In this document: positions 38,851 to 52,313 of the stretch, piece by piece
How the letters are laid out: each line of letters begins with the position of its first letter
Position numbering within the stretch: the first letter of the stretch is position 1
DNA from: Mobula hypostoma
Taxonomy: Eukaryota
Direction: 5' to 3'
DNA: 64,000 nucleotides
NCBI RefSeq assembly: GCF_963921235.1
Contig: NC_086097.1
Location: 224,628,001 to 224,692,000 of the forward strand
The notes under the pieces: model-generated
What the model saw: the letters and a program-made list of their open reading frames with translations, nothing else
Told to the model about the DNA's origin: nothing
Database searches by the model: none
Program-made: the position numbers and the translations under genes

Positions 38851-41540
38851 AACATAGAACAGTACAGCACAGGAACAGGCCGTTTGGCCAACAATGTTGG
38901 GCAGAACCAATTAAATTAGTAATCAGATGGCTAACTAAGCTATTCTCTTCAGCCTAAACAATGCCCACATCCTTCCAGTCCCTCACATTCATGTGTCTAT
39001 CTAAACTTCTCTTCAAAGTCCTTAATGTATTTGCCTCTACCACCACCCCAGGAAGTGTATTCCAGGTGCCTATCACCCTCTGAGTGGGGGGGGGGGGGGG
39101 CGGAATTGACATTCACATATCCTTTGAAATTACCCACTCACTTTAAATGCATGCCCTCTGGTTTTAGACATTTCAAAATTTGGGAAAAGATGTTGTCTGT
39201 TGACTCTTATCTATGCCTTCCATAAACTTCTAAACCTCCATCAGATCTCCCCTCAGTCTCAGGCACTCCAGAGAGAACAAGTCAAGTTAGTCCAACCTCT
39301 AATAGGACATGCCCTCTAATCCAGGCAACATCCTGGTAAACCTCTTTTGAACCTTCTCCAAAGCCTCGACATCCTTCCTAAAATGAGGTGACCAAGACTG
39401 TATGCAATACTCCAGATGCAGTCTCTAAAGCTGCAACATAACTTTTGAACTTTTGGCCAGAGGGAACTACAGCCTACAGATTAGTGGTTTCTGATGAATC
39501 AAGGACAAGGGAAGCAGACTACCCAATTGTTTTTGTTTCCTCCCATTTTGTAGACTCTGAACTGATTCTTACTCTGGGATAATCTAATCAGTGCAATCGA
39601 ATGTGAACACAGGGTCCCAGTTTATATTAGCAAAGTTGAAGTCCCCCATGACAACAACCTTATTGTTTTTACACCTTTCCATAATCTCTATCTTTTCTAA
39701 AGCATCAGACCCCTGGGATATGCTCAAGTTGTGCCGACTTTTTAATGTATTTTAAGATCATCTAACCCATCCCTCCTACATAGCCCTCCATTTCTCTGTC
39801 AACCATATTTCTTAAATGCCTCCAATGTACCTGTCCCTACTGCCACCCCAACAGGGCTTTCATACACTTGCCACTCTGTGTAAAAGACTTGCCTCAGACA
39901 TTCAGACATCCACGTTGCACTTTTGTCCAATTACCTTAATATTATGCCCCTTGTATTAGTTCAAATTTGGTATAAAGTGTGCAGCTATCCACTATCTATG
40001 CCCCTTATCTTGTACAGCTCTATTTAGTCTCCTCTTTCACTCAAAAGATAAAAGCTCTAGCTTGATGTATCTTTAAGACATGCTCTCTAATTCAGGCCAT
40101 CACCTTCCACCTGGCCCTCACCCACCTGGACAAAAAAGACACGTATGTTTGAATGCTGTTCATAGACTTCAGTTCAGCATTCAACACAATCATTCCTCAG
40201 AAACTGATTGGAAAGCTGAGCCTACTGGGCCTGAACACCTCCCTCTGCAACTGGATCCTAGACTTCCTGACTGGGAGACCTCACTCAGTCCAGATTGGAA
40301 GCAGCATCTCCAACACCATCACACTGAGCATGGGGGGCCCCCCCAGAGCTGTGTGCTCACTCCACTGCTGTTCACTCTGCTGACCCACGACTGTGCTGCA
40401 ACACACAGCTCGAACCACATCATCAAGTTTGCCGATGACATGACTGTGGTGGGTCTCATCAGCAAGAACGATGAGTCAGCATACAGAGAGGAGGTGCAGC
40501 AGCTAACAGACTGGTGCAGAGCCAACAACCTGTCTCTGAATGTGGAAAAAAATGAGACAGTTGTTGACTTCAGGAGGACACGGAGTGACCACTCTCTGCT
40601 GAACATCGACTCCCCTGTCGAGGTTAAGAGCACCAAATTTCTTAGTGTTCAACTGGCGGAGAATCTCACTTGGTCTCAACACCAGCTCCATAGCAAAGAA
40701 AGCCCAGCAGCATCTCTACTTTCTGCGAAGGCTGAGAAAAGTCCATCTCCCACCCCTTCTCTTCCCCCCCCCCCCCCATCCTCACCACATTCTACAGAGG
40801 TTGCATTGAGAGCATCCTGAGCAGCTGTATCACTGCTTGGTTTGGAAATTGCACCATCTCAGATCGCAAGACCCTGCAGCAGATAGTGAAGTCAGCTGAA
40901 GATCATTGGGGTCTCTCTTCCTGCCATTAGAGATATTTACACTACATGCTGCATCTGTAAAGCAGACAACATTATGAAGGACCCCATGCACCTGTCATAC
41001 AAACTCTTCTCCCTCCTGCCATCTGGCAAAAGGCACTGAAGTATTCGGGCTCTCACGACCAGACTATGTAACAGTTTCTTTCCCCCAAGTCATCAAACTC
41101 CTCAAAACCCTGAGCCTGGACTGACACCAATCTACTGTCCTCTACTGTGCCTATTGTCTTGTTTATTATTTATTTTAATGCCTGCACTGTTCTGTGCACT
41201 TTATGCAGTCCTGGATAGGTCTGTAGTGTAGTTTTGTTTATTTTTACATAGTTCAGTGTAGCTTTTGTATTGTTCATGTAGCACCATAGTCCTGAAAAAT
41301 GTCTTGATTTTACTGTGTACTGTACCAGCAGTTATGGTTGAAATGACAATAAAAAGTGACTTGTTAAATCCCCTCTGCACTCTCCCTAAAGCTTCCACAT
41401 CCTTCCTATGATGAGGTGAACAGAACACAATATTGCAAGTGTAGTTTTAAACTAGGGTTTTATAGAGCTGCAACATTACCCCATGGTTCTTGAAATTAAT
41501 CCCTGACACATGAAGGCCAACACAACATATGCTTTCTTAA
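38850..41540 (-). mobile_element. Cluster of CR1 fragments (38850-39450, ~39570-39690, 39750-40095 + 41363-41540)
   Basis: CR1 3' UTR/C-terminal sequence; the last piece is split by the Rex1 copy at 40096-41362. Confidence 0.75.
40096..41362 (+). mobile_element. Rex1/Babar LINE RT-to-3' end
   Basis: [18 protein letters not shown]...[34 protein letters not shown]; tail atgacaataaaaagtgacttg. Confidence 0.93.
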
Positions 41541-42484
41541 CAGGAAAATTTCATTTCTGATAGTTACTAGCATTTGCTGAGGCATATTTTTCCATTTTTG
41601 CATCACTTAAATACTAGAAGCACCATAAGTTTGGAAATTTCAATGAAATCTTATCTCATTCTTTTAAACTGTAGTGAATTTGCACTAATCTTTCCTCATA
41701 TGCCCACCAACTCCCAGGAAGTAGTCTGATGATTCCATCAATGGCAAGGACATCTCTGTACAGAAGTGTATTGCCTTTTTTATTTATTTTCTTTCTCATT
41801 TACCTACATCGAATGACCACAAATTCAGAATGAGTTCTTGTGAGCTTCTTTCCAGCTTCAACTTCAAAGAAAAATAGATATGTTTATATAGAATCCTACT
41901 GAGAATGAAGGCCATTATTTTCACATCCTATTTTTGAAATGAGAACTGCTGGTAATTGAAGGATTTGCTTTCAAGAAAGAGCGAAGGTTTGGCATCTTTT
42001 GAAGTTATTTTGAATTGAATGGTTTAGTTTCTTATTTAGACAGCTTCAGTGGACAATGGCTTCTATTATAATCTCTTGGAATTCATCCACACAGAAGTTG
42101 TACAATAATAGCTAGGAGCCTTGCAATGTAAAATCAAGCAAACTGACTCTGTTATAAAGCCAAATGTAGAAATCATTGATCCTGAAAACTGCTGTATTAA
42201 ATTTGAATTACTTGAGTAAATAATAGTGCATGTGATACAAGAAGGTTTTTTATATAATGTGGCATGAAATCCAGAATTGGACTCTACTTCATGCTTGCTG
42301 AAATTTCTCTTGCTCATCAAACCACTTGAGAAAGTCTGCAAGAAAATTCCTTCTCTTTGATTTTATTTCACATAACTTTACTGATAATGTCAGAATTATA
42401 GACAGCACAGAGTAAAGAGATTTGGTCCATTATCTCTTTACAGGTCTTTGAAAGTGCAAACTATTGGTCCCACTTCTGTGCTGT

Positions 42485-43125
42485 GTGGAGGGAGTGAACA
42501 GTTTCAAGTTCCTGGGTGTGAAGATCTGAGGATCTAACCTGGCCCCAATGTATTGATGCAGTAATAAATAAGGCAAAACAGCAGCTATACTTTAGGAGTT
42601 TGGAGAGATTTGGTATGTGAACAAATACACTCAAACTTCTATAAATGTACCTTGGAGAGCATTCTGACAGGCTGCATCACTGTCTGGTATTGGGGTGCTA
42701 CTGCACAGGACTGAAAGTTGAAGAGGGCTGTAAATCTAGTCAGCCCCATCTTGGATACTAGCCTACTAAGTATCCAGGACATCTTTGGGGAATGGTGTCT
42801 CAGAAAGGCAGCATCCAATATTAAGGACCTCCAGCACCCAGGGCATGACCTTTTCTCACTGTTACCATCAGGTAGAAGGTACAGACACCTGAAGACACAC
42901 TCAGTGATTCAGAAACAGCTTCTTTCCCTCTGCCATCCAGTTCTTAAGTGGACATTGAACCCTTGGACACTACCTTGCTTTTTTTTAAAATATACAATAT
43001 TTTTTACAATTTTTATCTATTCAATATGTATACTGTAATAGATTTATTTTTTTTCTATATTTCATTGAACTGCTGTTAAGTTAACAAATTTCACGTCACA
43101 TGCTGGTGATAATAAATCTGATTCT
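42485..43125 (+). mobile_element. Rex1/Babar LINE 3' end
   Basis: FKFLGVKI...ESILTGCITVWY...HPGHDLFSLLPSGRRYR. Confidence 0.85.
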
Positions 43126-43204
43126 TTCCTCAGTGCTGCATTTTTATTCTTTCAAGTACTTAGAATTTTAGTTGGAATGTAGTGCAGGGAAGTGTCTGGT
43201 GTTG

Positions 43205-44170
43205 CACTTTGGTAGAAGGAATAAAGGTGTAGACTATTTTCTAAATGGGGAGAAAATTCAAAAATTGTAGTTGCAGAGGATCTTGGGAGTTTTTGTATAG
43301 GATTCCCTGAAGGTTTACTTGCAGGTTGAGGCTGTGGTAAGGAAGGCAAATGCAATATTAGCATTCATTTGGAGATGATTAGATTATAGAAACAAGGATG
43401 TAATGTTGAGCCTTTATAAAGCATTGGTCAGACTGTACTTTGATTACTGGGAGCAGTTTTAGGCCATTTATTTGAGTAAAGATGTACTGCCATTTAGATG
43501 GTCCAGAGGAGGTTCATGAGAATGATTCTGGGAATGAAAGGGTTACTTTCATTAAAGGGTTAAGAGTTGATTAAGCATCCAGGACATCTTCAATGAGAAA
43601 TGCCTCAAAGTCAGCAACCATCCTTAAGGAACCCCGTCACCCAGGACATGCCCTCTTATTGCTAACATCTGGACGGAGGTACAGAAGCCTGAAGGCACAC
43701 ACTCAGTGATTCAGGAACAGTTTCCTCCCTTCTGCCATCAAATTTCTGAATGGACATTGAACACATGAACACTATCTCCCTACTTTGTTTTCTCTTTTTG
43801 TACTAGTTAAGTAATGCATCATGTGTTGCAATGTAATGCTGCCACATAACATATTTCATGATATTTGCCAATAATATTAAACCTGATTCTGATGTATGAA
43901 GAGCATTTGACATACGGAACTTTACCCAGAAGAGGAATTTCTTTAGCTAGAAGGTGATGAATCTGTGAAATTCATTGCCACAGATGGCTGTGGAGGCCAA
44001 ATTATTAGGTATATTTAAAACAGTTTTATAGATGCTTGTCAAATCAGGGCATCAAGGATTATGGGAGAAGGTAGGAGAATAGGGTTGAGAGGAATAATAA
44101 ATCGGCCATGATGAAATGGCAGAGCAGCCAGGATAGACTGAATTGCCTAATTCTGCTCCTGTCTCATGGT
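43205..44170 (+). mobile_element. CR1 3' fragment interrupted by Rex1 3' end (~43575-43893)
   Basis: KDVMLSLYKALVR motif; CR1 UTR aattgcctaattctgctcctgtctcatggtctt. Confidence 0.75.
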
Positions 44171-44229
44171 CTTATTTTCCTTTGTGATTTCTCAGTTCCC
44201 TGCCTTGATTTCATCTCCCTAGGTCTGCA

Positions 44230-44855
44230 TTTCATTGAGTTCCACACATGCCATGCCACTGAGCTCTTCCTCTTTTTGTCTTCTCCATGCCTGCTTCAGC
44301 AAGAATTTCCCCACCCCACTTCCCCCTCCAACAATTCTCCCACTTCGAGCCTTTCTCATCCTCTTGAACACTATTCTCTTGCCTTCAATCCACTCTGGAT
44401 CTTTTAATCTCAAATTACTAACTGCCTTGATTTCACTACTCCCCTCCTCTACTCCAACCTCAACCCCTTTGAATACATTGTCCTACACTCTCCATCAAGC
44501 TCACCATCAAATGTGCAGACAACAGAAATACAGAGTAACCTTTATTTTGCTTTCGGACACCTCTGCTTATTTACCCCTGAACCAAGGATCCATGGAGAAG
44601 CATTAGGCCACTGTTTCCTGCACCATCACTAACCTCATTAGCTCTGAGATATTCCCTCTACAATTTCCAAACCCATTGTTCCCCAACCTAGGACTGCATG
44701 TTTCTAACCCCTACCCAAGAGTCACAAACTAAGCATCCCTAGTAGCCCATTGATTCTGGCTGCTCCTGCCCACTGAACTCACCGCCTCATATCTCAACTC
44801 TTTTTTGCCCTCCTTGGTTCAGTCCCTTTCCATCTATATCTGTGACTCTTCTCAT
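44230..44855 (+). mobile_element. Degraded Penelope-like element N-terminal/RT-upstream fragment
   Basis: Similar to the reverse complement of 28780-29000; CF*PLPKSHKLSIPSSP (LPKIHK...RPI-like). Confidence 0.6.
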
Positions 44856-44995
44856 TGGCTGAGGAATTGGTGCAGGAGGCACTGTCTCAGATTCCTGGAT
44901 AATTGGAACTTTTCCTGGGATACTGGTGACCTGTACTAGAGGAATGGATTACATCTAAATTGGAGGGGAACCAATGTCTTGGCTGTCAGGTTCAT
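44856..44995 (+). mobile_element. CR1 ORF1 (SGNH esterase-like) fragment
   Basis: WLRNWCRR..LRFLDNW...DLY*RNGLHLNWRGTNVLA (DGLH-like motif). Confidence 0.7.
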
Positions 44996-45004
44996 TTATA
45001 ACCA

Positions 45005-47220
45005 GATAACCATATAACAATTACAGCATGGAAACAGGCCATCTCGGCCCTTCTAGTCTGTGCCGAACTCTTACACTCACCTAGTCCCGCTGACCTGCAC
45101 TCAGCCCATAACCCTCCATTTCTTTCCTGTCAATATAGCTGTCCAATTTAACTTTAAATGACCCCATTGAACCTGCCTCAACCACTTCAGCTAGAAGCTC
45201 ATTTCACATAGCTACTACTCTGAGTAAAGAAGTTTCTCTTCATGTTACCCCTAAACTTTTGCCCTTTAACTCTCAACTCATGTCCTCTTGTTTGAATCTC
45301 CCCCACTCTCAATGGAAAAAGCCTATCCACATCAACTCTATCTATTCCCCTCATAATTTTAAATACCTCTATCAAGTCCTCCCTCAACCTTCTACGCTCC
45401 AAAGAATAAAGACCTAACTTGTTCAACCTTTCTCTGTAACTTAGGAGATGAAACCCAGGCAACATTCTAGTAAATCTCCTCTGTACACTCTCAATTTTAT
45501 TGACATCTTTCCTATAATTTGGTCTCCAGAACTGTATACAATACTCCAAATTTGGCCTTACCAATGCCTTATTCAATTTCAACATTACATCCCAACTCCC
45601 ATACTCAATGCTCTGATTTATAAAGGCCAGCATACCAAAAGCTTTCTTTACCACCCTATCCACATGAGATTCCACCTTCAGGGAACTATGCACCATTATT
45701 CCTAGATCCCTCTGTTCTACTGCATTCTTCAATGTCCTACCATTTACCATGTATGTCCTATTTTGATTAGTCCTACCAAAATGTAGCACCTCATGTTTAT
45801 CAGCATTAAACTCCATCTGCCATCTTTCAGCCCACTCTCCTAACTGTCCTAAATCTCTCTGCAAGCTTTGAAAATCTACTTCATTATCCACAACTCCACC
45901 TATCTTGGTATCATCTGCATACTTATCCAATTTACCACCCCATCATCCAGATCATTAATATATGACAAACAACATTGGACCCAGTACAGATCCCTGAGGC
46001 ACACCACTAGACATCGTCCTCCAATCTGACACGGTTATCCACCACTACTCTCTGGCGTCTCCCATCCACCCACTGCTGAATCCATCTTACTACTTTGATA
46101 TTAATACCCAACATATATATAATATATCTTGGATGAGGGAATTAAATGCAGCATCTCCAAGTTTGCGGATGACACGAAGGTGGGCGGCAGTGTTAGCTGT
46201 GAGGAGGATGCTAAGAGGATGTAGGGTGACTTGGATAGGTTGGGTGAGTGGGCAAATTCATGGCAGATGCAATTTAATGTGGATAAATGTGAAGTTATCC
46301 ACTTCGGTGGCAAAAATAGGAAAACAGATTATTATCTGAATGGTGGCCGATTAGGAAAAGGGGAGGTGCAACGAGACCTAGGTGTCATTATACACCAGTC
46401 ATTGAAAGTGGGCATGCAGGTACAGCAGGTGGTGGAAAAAGGCGAATGGTATGCTGGCATTTATAGCGAGAGGATTCGAGTACAGGAGCAGGGAGGTACT
46501 ACTGCAGTTGTACAAGGCCTTGGTGAGACCACACCTGGAGTATTGTGTGCAGTTTTGGTCCCCTAATCTGAGGAAAGACATCCTTGCCATAGAGGGAGTA
46601 CAAAGAAGGTTCACCAGATTGATTCCTGGGATGGCAGGACTTTCATATGAAGAAAGACTGGATGAACTGGGCTTGTACTCGTTGGAATTTAGAAGATTGA
46701 GGGGGGATCTGATTGAAACGTATAAGATCCTAAAGAGATTGGACAGGCTAGATGCAGGAAGATTGTTCCCGATGTTGGGGAAGTCCAGAATGAGGGGTCA
46801 CAGTTTGAGGATAGAGGGGAAGCCTTTTAGGACCGAGATTAGGAAAAACTTCTTCACACAGAGTGGTGAATCTGTGGAATTCTCTGCCACAGGAAACTGT
46901 TGAGGCCAGTTCACTGGCTATATTTAAGAGGGAATTAGATATGGCCCTTGTGGCTACGGGGGCCAGGGGGTATGGAGGGAAGGCTGGGGCGGGGTTCTGA
47001 GTTGGATGATCAGCCATGATCATAATAAATGGCGGTGCAGGCTCGAAGGGCTGAATGGCCTACTCCTGCACCTATTTTCTATGTTTCTAACGATTGAACC
47101 CTCCTAACTAACTTTCCATGTGGGACCTTGTCAAAGGCCTTACTCAAGTCCATATAGACAACATCTACTACTTTACCCTCGTCAACTTTCCTAGTAACCT
47201 CATCAAAAAATTCCATAAGT
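45005..47220 (-). mobile_element. Young CR1 (45005-46110 and 47088-47220), split by an opposite-strand CR1
   Basis: Open 243-aa ORF KYADDTKIGG...RNFFTQ (45199-45930); continues after 47088 (LSKAFDKVP); (ccatataa)n tail. Confidence 0.93.
46125..47088 (+). mobile_element. Young CR1 3' part (different subfamily)
   Basis: ISKFADDTK, FNVDKCEVIHFG, LVRPHLEYCVQFWSP; tail ttctatgtttcta. Confidence 0.93.
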
Positions 47221-47309
47221 GCGGATTCACTTGTGCGGATTTAAGCTAGTTTGGCAGCATGATAGGAACCATAACACCAAGTCAGAAATTGGAAGGATGG
47301 AGAGGAAGG

Positions 47310-47381
47310 TACAGTACTGCAAAAGTCTTAGGCACACATACATTTAGCTAGGTAGCCTTAAGACTTTTGTACACTATTGCA
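47310..47381. mobile_element. Tc1/mariner-type palindromic MITE
   Basis: TA-CAGTACTGCAAAAGTCTTAGGC ... GCCTTAAGACTTTTGTACACTATTG imperfect inverted repeat. Confidence 0.65.
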
Positions 47382-47391
47382 TGGTTTCATT

Positions 47392-49808
47392 GAGCATACT
47401 TTGTTGTTTACATAATGCATTTTGGTTTATGTAAAAATATGTAAATGGTATTCATCATCATGCTGCCATGTCATATGTGAGTTTCTTGCTGGAGTAATAT
47501 TGAAAGGAAGGCATGCATTCCCAGTTCTGTGATTTTGCTTTCAATTATGTTTTGTAGTCAATCAATACCCTCTGCCTGGGATAGAGGGTATCATTGCAAA
47601 CCTTTCTGGAGGAAATCAATTCAGCAAAGTGAACATTGCTGAGACTTACCTACAGATGGAGATGGAAGAAGAGTCCTAAGTGTTTCTGATCACAAACACT
47701 CAAAGGACTTTATTGCTATGATAGTAGCATCAGCATCCGCACTCTAGCAGAAAGCTATGGATCACCAGGTGCTGCAAGGCTGTCTCGGCCTCAGTGTTAC
47801 CTGGGTGACATCATTATTACTGGTAAGGATGACAAGGAACATCTGCAAAATATCAAGGCCCTGTTAAAAAAGAGTAGAATATGGGCTCAGAGCCCAATGC
47901 AACAAGTGAGAATTCTTTAAACCAGACATCTCTTACGGTGATCACACTATTGATGCAACACACACAAAATGCTGGTGGAATGTAGCAGGCCCAGGCAGCA
48001 TCTGTTGGAAGAGGTACAGTCGACATTTTGGGCTGAGACCCTTTATCAGACACTATTGATGCACGCAGATTACACAAGTGTCCTATGAGTACTGGAGTAT
48101 GCCCCAAGGCCAAAGGACATGCCACAGTTGTGGTCCTTCTTTAGGATTTGTCAGTTACTATAATAGGTTTCTGCCAACTCTGGCTACTACAGATTGGGAA
48201 GAAATGGCAGCATAAGTTAGCTTTCTAAAAGGTAAAGGAAATTGTGATGTCAGACTTCATTGTCCAGTGAAACTTGCCTGTGATGCCTCACCTTATGGTA
48301 TAGGTGCAGTCATATCACATGTTATGAATGATGGAAGTGAATGCCCTTTTGCATCGCCTTCCTTTACCACTGCAGAGAGAAATTACGCACAGATTGACCG
48401 TGAGGCCTTAAGTCTAGATTGGGATGTAAAACCTTTCAGCTGTACTTGTATGGGAGAGAATTTACCTTCATTGTTGACCATCAGCTGCTAGTGTGCATTT
48501 TCAGTCCAGAGAAGGGTGTTCCCTGCACAGCAGGTGTTTGAATACAGAGATAGGTTCTGTTTCTTGGAGGACACAATTACAAGATTGAAGTCAAGAGTAT
48601 GACTTATCATGGAAGTGCTGATAGATTGTTGTGTTTACCCTTGGAAAGGAAATACCTGGAGAATTTACAAAAGAGTGCACTCCTTGTGATATATTCACCA
48701 TAATGCAAATTGAAAGACTTCCTATTATGGCAGAGGTGATCCAAAGAGAAATCAGAAAAGACCCCACACTGGCTCAGGTCTACATGGCCACCTTAACAGA
48801 TGCTGTCTTATGCGGAGATTGAGAGATGTTGTACCATCCAAGCTGAGAGCTGAAGTATTGGAGGGGCTACATGCCGGTCATCTAGGTGTGGTCAAAATGG
48901 AAGTGTTGTCTTGAAGCCTTGACTGGTGGCCTGATATACGTCAGCAGATTGAGCAGCTTGCCACACACTGCTTAGCATGCCAACACATCCAGAAGGTGCT
49001 AAGAACATCTGGGAGAAGAAGGAAGAAGAAAGGGGTCCAGAACAGGTAGAACCACTTCTTGCAGTCCCAGAGTCAACTCCTACAATCACCACAGCCAAGA
49101 CCCCAGAACCTGAGAATGTTTCACAGCCTCAAGTCTCATTAGCCAAGCAGATTGACCACCCCACACCTTGTCAAGGAATGTGTTATACCACAAGAGTAAT
49201 AAATCCTCCACAGTGACCAAATCTTTCAGCCTGAATGGGACAATTTAAAACTTAATGCCATGGATGTCTACATAGTAGTTGTATTATACAGTTGAGATAC
49301 ATTCTCTAGAGTTTGAGTTTATGGCTAAGTAGGGAGGAGTGTAGTGTATTTAGTATCAGTAATATTTGAGTAGTAATATAAATATATTGTTTGATTAACC
49401 ATTCTTTATTGTTTATGAAACCTACCTGGTTTCCTTGGCTCCATCTAATCATGGTCCCCCACCGGGTCGAACCTTATGATCAGTTCTCTCCAGCGTCTCG
49501 TCTCTTCATCTCCCGCCAGACAAAAGGACCCAGCTCGCATTCCAAAGGCCCTGTTATCTCTAACCATAACCCAAACACTGCCTCTACAGAAAGACCATTA
49601 CATTAGCAGTGAAACCTTTCCCAGGGTGTTATACATACTTGATGCATTGTGGATTATATGTAAAAGTACGTTAATAGCTTACGTCGGCACGCCACCACGT
49701 CATATGTGGGTATCTCGGTAAAGTAAAAATGAAAGTAATGCATGCATTCCTGGCTCTGGGTTTTTTGCTTTCAATTAGTTTTATGTTTTGGAGTTATAAA
49801 TCATAACA
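47392..49808 (+). mobile_element. Degraded Gypsy LTR retrotransposon
   Basis: Partial 5' LTR (~47392-47556), QYPLP, YL(G)D RT, KLACDASPYGIGAV and ERNYAQIDREAL RNase H, H..H zinc finger of IN, PPT agtagggaggag, 3' LTR 49340-49808 (TG..CA) with nested insertion ~49416-49635. Confidence 0.88.
47958..48049 (-). mobile_element. Mini Penelope pseudo-LTR insertion with decayed hammerhead
   Basis: 92 bp flanked by 14-bp direct duplication acactattgatgca (47944-47957, 48050-48063). Confidence 0.85.
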
Positions 49809-51139
49809 GGAAGCACATGCAAGGATACTGTGGAACTGTTACTTTGGAACTCTGAGATAATTAAAACTAATCATAGTTTCCAGACTTTGGGAGCCTTACT
49901 TACAAGTTAGTGGGTTATCCTATTTCCTTTGAAAGGAAAGAAGGCTTCATAATTATCCTTCCTTCTTGACTCAGTTACAGAACCTGGAGTGATGGAATCC
50001 AAAGGAAGTACATCAGGTTTTGCACAATCTGAAATTTATTTTGGTTAATAGGCTGTCAGCAGAATTTACTTAGATCTTGTCCAAGTTATTTGGGAAAGAA
50101 TGACCACCCACCAGCAAACATACCTTTACCATCATAGAAAGAATGTGCTGTTTAAAGTTTAATATAATCTGCTAAACGTCAGCCAGTGCTGATTTTCTAA
50201 GGCACTAAATTATTTAAAAAATAATTAATATGAACCTTTGCAACCTGTGTTCCTAATATTCTTTCAAAGAATAAGTTTTGTTCTTTGAATGTTCCTACTT
50301 TCTTACATGTGTGGCTATATTTCATGTTCTGTGTGTTTTTGATAGTGCACACACTCATGAACATCAGTTTGTTCCATATACAGGCAAAATGACAGAGGTT
50401 GCTTGTGTTTCTTCAGCAAACCAACATCTGCCATGTTCACTGCCTGTTATTGTCACTGCACTACCTAGAGAACCCTGAACTGTATTACCTCCCTCTTGAT
50501 TCCCACCCAACAATATTTTCAAGCAGCAACATTTCAATCTCGTCACCAGTGTAGCATCTATGGGCTCTACTGTGATATCATTCTCTATGACAACTAACAA
50601 GAACAAAGCCACTTATTGTTGTCTGGAAGCAGTTAGCTCATCTAAGAGCAGTGGCTAGTATCATAATGTAACAAAAGTCAAACCACATGGTACACATCTT
50701 TCGTAAAGACAGACTTGCAGTCATACACTGTATGGGTGGAGTGGAATAAATATTTCTCTAGAGAGCAAATCCATAATGTGTTGAGTTACTGTATGGTGTT
50801 TAACCTCTATGGTCAAGTGTTGTCCCTGCAATAATGACCAGAATACTGTTCTGTAATAACCAAAACAGCAGAGAGGACCTCAGAATTTCATCACTTCCAG
50901 TGGGTAGAGCATACTATTGTCATATAATCTGTCAGAAAAACAGTCTGGAAAGTAACCCCTGCATGCCTATGGCTACTTTTCCAATAAGTAACGACTCCAA
51001 TCAATGCTCCAAGTGTAGTCTGACCCATGCCTTATAAAGCCCAAACATTACATCCTTGCTCTTATATTCCAGTCCTCTCAAAATGAATGCTAACATTGCA
51101 TTTGCCTTCCTTAGCACTAAGTTAACCTAATTTAATCCT

Positions 51140-52313
51140 AGGAGTTGAGGATGCCATCGTCTACCTGCTGAACTGTGTCTACGCCCACCTGGACAAGCCA
51201 GCGAGAACTGTGAGGGTCATGTTTTTTGACTTCTCCACCCTGCTCTGCTGGGGGAGAAGCTGACAGCGATGAAGGTGGATGCTTTCCTGGTGTCATGGAT
51301 TCTTGATTACCTGACTGGCAGACCACAGTACGTGTGCTTGCAACACTGTGTCAGACAGAGTGATCAGCAGCACTGGGGCTCCACAGGGGACCGTCTTGTC
51401 TCCCTTTCTCTTCACCATTTACACCTCAGACTTCAACTACTGCAGAGTCTTGTCATCTTCAGAAGTTTTCGGATGACTCTGCCATAGTTGGATGCATCAG
51501 CAAGGGAGATGAGGCGGAGTACAGGGCTACGGTAGGAAACTTTGTCACGTAGTTTGAGCAGAATTATCTGCAACTTAATGTGAAAAAGACTAAGGAGCTG
51601 GTGGTAGACCTGAGGAGAGCTAAGGTACCAGCGACCCCTGTTTCCATCCAAGGGGTCAGTGTGGACATGGTGGAGGATTGCAAATACCTGGGGATACGAA
51701 TTGACAATAAACTGGACTGGTCAAAGAACACTGAGGCTGTCTACAAGAAGGGTCAGAGCCGTCTCTATTTCCTGAGGAGATGGAGGTCCTTTAACATCTG
51801 CCGGACAATGCTGAGGATGTTCTATGAGTCTGTGGTGGCCAGTGCAATCATGTTTGCTGTTGTGTGCTGGGGCATTAGGCTGAGGGTAGCAGACACCAAC
51901 AGAATCAACAAACTCATTCGTAAGGCCAGTGAAGTTGTGGGGATGGAATTGGACACTCTGACGGTGGTGTCTGAAAAGAGGATGCTGTCCAAGTTGCATG
52001 CCATCTTGGACAATGTCTCCCATCCACTACATAATGTACTGGTTGGGCACAGGAGTATATTCAGCCAGAGACTCATTCCACCGAGATGCATAGAGTGTCA
52101 TAGGAAGTCATTCCTGCCTGTGGCCATCAAGATTTATAACTCCTCCCTTGGAGGGTCAGACACCTTGAGCCAATAGGCTGGTCCTGGACTTATTTCCTGG
52201 CATAATTTACATATTACTATTTATTTATGGTTTTATTATTACCATTTAATTATTTATGGTGCAACTGTAATGTAAACCAATTTCCTTTGGGATCAATAAA
52301 GTATGACCATGAC
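51140..52313 (+). mobile_element. Rex1/Babar LINE (distinct family) inserted in a CR1 remnant
   Basis: VEDAI..LL, MFFDFS, WILDYLTGRPQYV, KFSDDSAIVG, KTKELVVDLRR; (atgac)n-like tail; 7-bp TSD taatcct (51133-51139, 52314-52320). Confidence 0.92.
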
